A DNA stretch of 64,000 bases, taken from the human T2T-CHM13v2.0 reference genome, Homo sapiens. The translations under genes were made by a program, and so were the position numbers. Shown here one piece after another: positions 58,341 through 64,000 of the stretch; positions within the stretch are counted from its first letter, which is position 1, and every line of letters starts with the position of its first letter. The notes beneath the pieces were generated by a model. That model was given only the letters and a program-made list of their open reading frames with translations. It did not search any database and was not told the DNA's origin. The DNA lies in the NCBI RefSeq assembly GCF_009914755.1, contig NC_060939.1; one strand, given 5' to 3'.

Positions 58341-59112
58341 AACAGGAATTCTCATTCATTGCTGCTGGGAATGCAAAATGGTGTAGTGACTTTGGAAGAC
58401 AATTTGACGTTTTTTTACTCTTACCATAAAATTCAGCAATCATATCTTTGGTATTTACCCAAAGGAGTTGAAAACTCTTGCCCACACAAAACCTGCACAT
58501 GGATGTTTATAGCAGTGTTATTTATAATTCTCAAAACTTGGAAGCAGTCAAGATGCCCTTCAGTAGGTGAATGGATGAATAAACTATGGTACATCCAGAC
58601 AATGGAATATTCGTCAGTGCTAAAAAGAAATGAATCATGAAAAGATATGGAGGAACCTCAAATGCATATTACTAAGTGAAAGAAGCCTGTCTGAAAAGGC
58701 TACATACTGTATGATTCCAACTATATGACATTCTGGAAAAGACAAAACTATGGAGACAGTAAAAGGGTCAGAGGTTGCCAGGGGTTGAAGAGAGGAGGGA
58801 TTTTATGGGAGACTATTTCGTACAATACTATAATGGTAGATACAAGTCATTTACGTTTGTCCAAACCCATAGAATATAGAGCATCCAGAGTAAACTCTAA
58901 TGTAAACTGTGGGTGACAATGTTGTGTCAGTGCAGGTTCATCAGTTGTAACAAATGTACCACTCTAGTGCAAGATTTTGATAGTGGGGGAAGCCATGCGT
59001 GTGTGACATATGTGAGGGGTGACAGTATATGGGAATTCTCTACTTTCCACTTGATTTTGCCATAAACCTAAAACTACTCTAAAATAGAGTTGATTGAAAA
59101 TTGAAAAATAAA
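58341..59112 (+). mobile_element. L1MC1-like 3' end
   Basis: cacacaaaacctgcacatggatgtttatagcag...ctgaaaaggctacatactgtatgattccaactatatgacattctggaaaa. Confidence 0.85.
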
Positions 59113-59161
59113 AGAGAGGTGCAGATATGAAGGCCGCAACATTTGATTGGTGTTGAAAGTA

Positions 59162-59580
59162 TGTATTAATTAGAAGATAATATATTATTGGAATCAGGAG
59201 ATCCCCAAATATCAGTAGCTTAAATAACAGTAAAGTTTAGTTCTCTGTCACATAACAGTTCAAGATGAGCACTTCAGGAAGCTCTGCTCCAATGGCCATG
59301 TATCCCAAGGATGTTGTCCTCATCCACTAAGTCCAAGGTATGTAGACCAATCCAGGGTCCAGCTGCAGAAAGGGAAAGAGGACTCCTTCTGCCTTAGTCT
59401 GTCCCTCCCGAAGTGAAATATAACCTCCACCCCCGTTCCATGGGAGAGAACAGAGCCAGATGGCCTCAAGGGATTCTGGGAAATGCATCCCTACCTAGAC
59501 AGCCATGGGCCCAGCTGCACATCTATTACTATGGAAAAGGGAAAATGGACTTTTTAAGACAGCCTACGGTCTCCAGCACC
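59162..59580 (-). mobile_element. MLT1J-like LTR
   Basis: tgtatta...tcagtagcttaaataac...tgggaaatg...cagccatgggcccagct. Confidence 0.6.
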
Positions 59581-59673
59581 AAAGGGACTTCAATTATGTA
59601 AAAAACAATAAGATAGCTCTCTATTCCCCAAGGATCTGAGAGTCTTAGATAACGCTAAATTCTAGCCCCAATG

Positions 59674-59955
<282 letters not shown>

Positions 59956-60469
59956 CTAGCCCCAAAGTCTAGAAAAACCTGTCCCTGTAAGATTTCCCCA
60001 GGCATGCATCCACACGTGCACATCAACAGGAGAATGAAGGTGGTGCTCTAGCACACTGCTTTTCTGGGCTGTGTCCGCCCAGACCCTGCAAGGCAATTGT
60101 GTTGGGGAGAAGGTGGAACTAAAGAGATACAGCAGAAGGAAGCCTAGAGATCGTGGAGTCCATCAGCTCACCCCTTGAGAAAAGAACACTGACCTCTGGA
60201 GGACTTAAGTAGCTGGTCAAAGGCATATAAAGGTTTAGTGCAGAGCAGAGAGAGCTCCTTAGACTCCTAACTCTGAGTCTTTATTCTTTCTGCAGCGTTC
60301 TCACCATGGGACTCACTGTCTGAAACCCCTGGAGGAAGTTTGTGACTGATGATCACCAAAGCATGACCTGAGATTTTCGAGAGGCGGTACCCTCTAAGCC
60401 AGCAAGTGACAGATGCAAAAGGAACTGAAAAAGAGGCAGCAAAAATCCTACTTTCCAATGTAACGAACC

Positions 60470-60755
60470 AGGGTTCCTCTGAATATTATCATTCCCTTAG
60501 CATTTCAAGGACTTAGTAATAACCACAACCCTCCACTCTCATTATTTTTAAGTTTGCTTAATGTCTTTACTTAAATAAAATTGTTTTAAAAAGAAAGTTT
60601 ATATCCCTGCCACAAACAGGAACCTGTATAATTTGTCTTAAATGGAAAGTAAAATATGAAAATAAGTAACCATTACAATAAAAAAGACATTCCTGTATGT
60701 ACTACCTAAAATCTTCTTGCTTGTCATCAGGGGAGCGCACGAGGGAAACACTGTC
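60470..60755. mobile_element. hAT-Charlie fragment (MER113-like)
   Basis: tttacttaaataaaattgttttaaaaagaaagtttatatc. Confidence 0.45.
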
Positions 60756-61374
60756 CTAAACCATAAGGGTGACTTTGAGTTACAAAGAGCTTCACCCGGC
60801 ATCCATGGGCATCCCAGGTTTCTCACTGAGAAGTTTCAAGCACAAGGATGAATGAAAACCAAGGACCAAAGCAAGCATTATGGTAAGTTCCGCTTGAAGA
60901 ACATAACAAAGTGAAGTGGAGGCACGCATTCACCTTTGCCATCCTGGGAAGATGGCGGAGGCTGAGTGGCCATGTCACCCTGGGACACACACAACAGCAC
61001 ACAGCCTGAGAAGGTAATGGATGCCCATTCCGGGACATTCAGGGCTGGGTCAATGTCCTTTGCCAAGCATGACCTGGCAGCCTGAGTTTTAAGTTTAATA
61101 CCAGAGACTCCAGGTTCCTAATGCAAGGCCGGGTCCTGAGAGTTCTTTAAACTGTTCAACTCTGTTGTGCTAAATGAATGGGAAGAAACAAGTGTAATGA
61201 AGTGAGGGGAAAAAAGTCTTATCAAAGTAACAGCTGGTTCTAGCATTTCTTTTGGGAAGGCAACTGTGTTCATTAAGGAAAATAACTTGATATGTATTTT
61301 GAGTTGAAGGTGATTGAGGGGCTTGAATGAGTCCCAAACTACCAAAGGAGAAATAGGTTTGATGATCCAGAGAC

Positions 61375-61420
61375 AGGAGGAGAAAGGAAGAGAGAGACAG
61401 AGAGAGATAGAGAGACAGAG

Positions 61421-61451
<31 letters not shown>

Positions 61452-61480
61452 CTCAGAAAGAGAGAGAGAGAGAGAGAAAG
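61375..61480. repeat. Compound (GA)n microsatellite with a duplicated gactcag interruption
   Basis: agagagacag...gactcagagagagag...gactcagaaagagag. Confidence 0.9.
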
Positions 61481-62497
61481 GAAGGTTTAGTAAAGCATGA
61501 AGAAACTGCTCCCCACTGTCCAGTGGACTGAATGCATGCAAACCAAAGTGACCCAGAGGCTAATGTGAACTTGTCGTCTGGTGTCCACAGTGCCTCTCAG
61601 TCCTCAGGCTCTTCTGGCCACCTCTTAGAATGGGGACAGACAAAGAGATTTTAGGGCATCTGTCCCTACCAGCAGGGTGACTGCCTAGAACACTCCCTTA
61701 TGCACAGTAGAGAGATGGTGTCTGCCATGGTGCAGAGAGGGTGGTTGGCAAATATGCCACTTTCTTGTCATCCCTGTTCCAGCAGAATCATGCTCTATAT
61801 TTCTTTTCAAGCCTTTGTCTATTGCTTAAATTCCATGCCTACATCAGCTTCTCATGTATAAAATGGAAGTGATAATAATAGTGCTTTCTTATGAGGTTGC
61901 TGTGAGGATGAAATGAATTTAATCTAAGAAAAGGTGCCTGGTTCAATGAGTCTCAATGGTAGCTAAAGTTAGTATTATCCTTATCTTTTCTATTATCCCA
62001 TCTCTTCCCGTAATAGACAGGAAATGTTGACTGTCTAGTAAGAGCTCCTTTAATTTATTTCCCCTTGCCCCTCAAGTATCATATCTACTTCTCTCTTTAT
62101 TTGCTGCCCTGTGTCTTACAAAAGAGTCCCTCCCCTGCTCAAGGCTAATGCTCTCACCTAGGCTCTGATGCCATCTCTTTCTCCTCCGGTTCTTCCTCCT
62201 CCTCTTCCTCTTTCTCTCCATCATCTCCATCAGCAGCAACCTCACTATCATCATCTCATTGCCATCATCCTACCTATCTTCCTCCCTTTACTCTTTCTTC
62301 GGGATGTCACCCCCATCAATACCCTCCTTCCTCTTTCCTGTCTCTTTGGCTGACTCTCTTATGGCTCCTTCTGTTCCCCATAAACATGCTCAATTGTATC
62401 CCACGCCTAGGAAACAGAGCACCTTCCTCCAACCTTCTCTCCTCCCTTTTCCAGAAACTACTGCTGTATTTCTCTTCAGGTCTTCACTATCAAAATT

Positions 62498-63267
<770 letters not shown>

Positions 63268-63604
63268 TTACAATTCTTAAAAGAGTAGTGTACACATACT
63301 ACAACCACTTCACCTCTCCTTCACAACTCAACTCTCTGCAATCTGGATTCAATCCTGACATTTCCTCATGTCTTATGGGCACGAATTTCACCTCTATGCA
63401 GCATTTAGCAATAAGTAACAACAGCTGGTAATTATTGAGTGTGCACATTCTGCCAGTCACTGTGTTAAGCACGTCACGTGCATTTTGGTTGATGCTTCCC
63501 AAGCTACAAATCAAACCCAATCTTTTTTCCAAGCTCTAGACTAGTATAGTGACAGGCACCACAAATCCATACAGATGAAAACAGAGCTCATTAGCAAAAT
63601 CCCA

Positions 63605-64000
63605 CTGCTGGATGTCTCCTGCTTGCCCTTCTAGTTCCACTTGCAACCCTTCCCCAACCTGCTCTGCACTCCGAGAGGCTGACCTTTGTGAATGGCCTCC
63701 CTGGACTCCCATGCCTCTAGCTTATGTTTGAAGAACCCAGTGGAGAGTCCCAGCAGAAAGCTGGAAGAAGACAGGAGAGTGAGGTAAGTGTATTGATTCC
63801 TCAGTCACCATCTGCTGTGGCCGTGTGGGCTGGCTGGGTCCACTTGGCTGTGTCCCTCTAGTGAAAGGCACAGCCGCTGTCATGCAGCCCTCATCGCATA
63901 GAGCCCCCCGGATTCCAGCAACTGCTCCCTTCTCTTTTCTCCTTCAGGAGTCACAGCCCCACTGCCAAAGCCACAGGGCCATGCACTGTCTCTGGGACAT
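63605..64000 (+). mobile_element. LTR33-like ERVL LTR (runs off the window)
   Basis: ttgcccttctagttccact...ctgctctg...gaggctgacct...caggagagtgagg...tattgattcc. Confidence 0.65.

Overview
Primate (almost certainly human-type) genomic DNA, intronic or intergenic and rich in repeats. I find no intact protein-coding exon, RNA gene, CpG island or CRISPR array. More than half the window is recognisable interspersed repeat: about 20 Alus (J, S, Y), L1PA5-like and L1PA15/16-like copies, old L1M, L2 and MIR fragments, MaLR/ERVL/ERV1 solo LTRs, and hAT DNA transposons. Subfamily calls come from remembered consensus diagnostics, not a RepeatMasker run. Nearly all supplied ORFs are repeat-derived or chance. 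The main discovery is at the left end. On the minus strand from about 6128 to 1, once the TE insertions are removed, the decayed frames read as a signal peptide, colinear leucine-rich repeats, an LRR-CT-like segment and a TM-like segment. They resemble the TLR11/TLR12 subfamily of Toll-like receptors, but look too diverged, and are hit by TEs too old, to be the known TLR12/TLR11 remnants. This is a candidate anciently lost and partly duplicated TLR gene. Second, a 209-bp ~96%-identical inverted duplication of a MIR (32084-32292 / 33484-33692) has its breakpoint abutting a perfect 15-bp hairpin. There is also an 11-unit ~69-bp VNTR born inside an L1 reverse-transcriptase motif, and several smaller template-switch scars.
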